A DNA stretch of 64,000 nt. It comes from Ferrithrix thermotolerans DSM 19514. Lineage in GTDB: Bacteria; Actinomycetota; Acidimicrobiia; Acidimicrobiales; CAIXPF01. A program made the translations under genes and the position numbers. This document shows, in pieces, positions 63,454 through 64,000 of the stretch. The stretch's first letter is position 1; each line of letters begins with the position of its first letter. Where the stretch lies: NCBI GenBank assembly GCA_945906305.1, contig CAMDQT010000004.1:66117-130116 (forward strand), read 5' to 3'. The notes under the pieces were generated by a model. That model saw only the letters and a program-made list of their open reading frames with translations, had not been told where the DNA came from and did not search any database.

Positions 63454-64000
63454 CTACTGGGGTTGGCCCCAGGCCACCAAGCGGTCGACGGGCCAGGTGT
63501 TGATCACGTCGTTGGAGTCCGCCCCGGCCGCGGCGGCTTTGTCGCAACCGAAGTTGACCCATTCGAGCTGGCCCGGGGCGTGAGCATCGCTGTTGATGGC
63601 CAGTTTGCAGCCCCACTCGAGCGCGAGATGTAGCAGTTCTTCCGGGGGGTCCTGGCGCTCGGGGCGGGTGTTGATCTCGAGCGCCGTGCGGTGTTCGGCG
63701 CAGGCGGCAAACACCAGGTCGGCATCGAATTGGGCTCCCGCCCTATTCCCGTGAGGCGGTAGTTTCCGTCCCGTGCAGTGACCGAGCACGTCGACGTGGG
63801 GGTGCATGGCGGCGAGCGCCAGCCGGCGGGTCATGGCCGTGGGATCCATTTTCAGCTTGACGTGTGGGCTGGCTACCACGAGGTCGAGTTGGGCGAGCGT
63901 CACGTCGTCCATGTCGAGGCTGCCATCCTCATTGATGTCGACTTCGAGGCCATGCAGCAGGCGGAATTGGGCGAGTGAAGGGGTGCGCTCCGCGGCGAAC
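63454..64000 (-). CDS. PHP-domain protein, PolX-like C-terminal part (partial; 5' end outside window)
   Basis: GLEVDI, VVASPH, HCTGR, ALEINT and NSDAH motifs. The frame stays open to the window edge. Confidence 0.75.
   Translation of the reverse strand, partial: FAAERTPSLAQFRLLHGLEVDINEDGSLDMDDVTLAQLDLVVASPHVKLKMDPTAMTRRLALAAMHPHVDVLGHCTGRKLPPHGNRAGAQFDADLVFAACAEHRTALEINTRPERQDPPEELLHLALEWGCKLAINSDAHAPGQLEWVNFGCDKAAAAGADSNDVINTWPVDRLVAWGQPQ

Overview
High-GC, actinobacterial-type chromosomal segment. The lineage call rests on a bL37-like micro-ORF, DUF3097 and DUF2520-panC genes, many 4-nt overlapping or near-leaderless gene junctions, and long GC-rich shadow ORFs. I support about 70 protein genes, one tRNA-Ala(CGC) and several RNA or DNA structural elements. 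Most content is housekeeping: dxs; tldD-pmbA; Moco biosynthesis (moeA, moaA, moaC); pantothenate (DUF2520-panC-panB); methionine and nucleoside salvage (mtnP, MtnB-like aldolase, BMP-type nucleoside ABC transporter, adenosine kinase); queF; pepN; galU; an ABC-F ATPase; and lipid/CoA enzymes. The clearly non-ordinary part is 29.6-31.8 kb, between moaA and a carboxyltransferase gene. It holds three copies of a composite repeat built from iterated GTGCAACTTC cores, one copy inverted, with transposon-like ends and identical GCTGA flanks. These bracket non-coding DNA, an output-less Cache lipoprotein gene, a hexanucleotide microsatellite, a small SD-preceded ORF and a glycosyltransferase C-terminal remnant. 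I cannot match this repeat family to any element I know. It is the best candidate here for something undescribed (MITE-like element, iteron/operator array, or structured RNA). Other notable items: an AT-rich leader with mutually exclusive hairpins upstream of a membrane-protein/translin operon; a Cys-less HMG-CoA-synthase-like::DUF35 fusion paired with an SCP-x-type thiolase and split by a VapBC-like toxin-antitoxin module; an in-frame miniaturised MTAP paralog; a degenerate GGDEF membrane protein; and a degenerate ANL-superfamily protein. All family assignments come from reading the translations. No database search was run.
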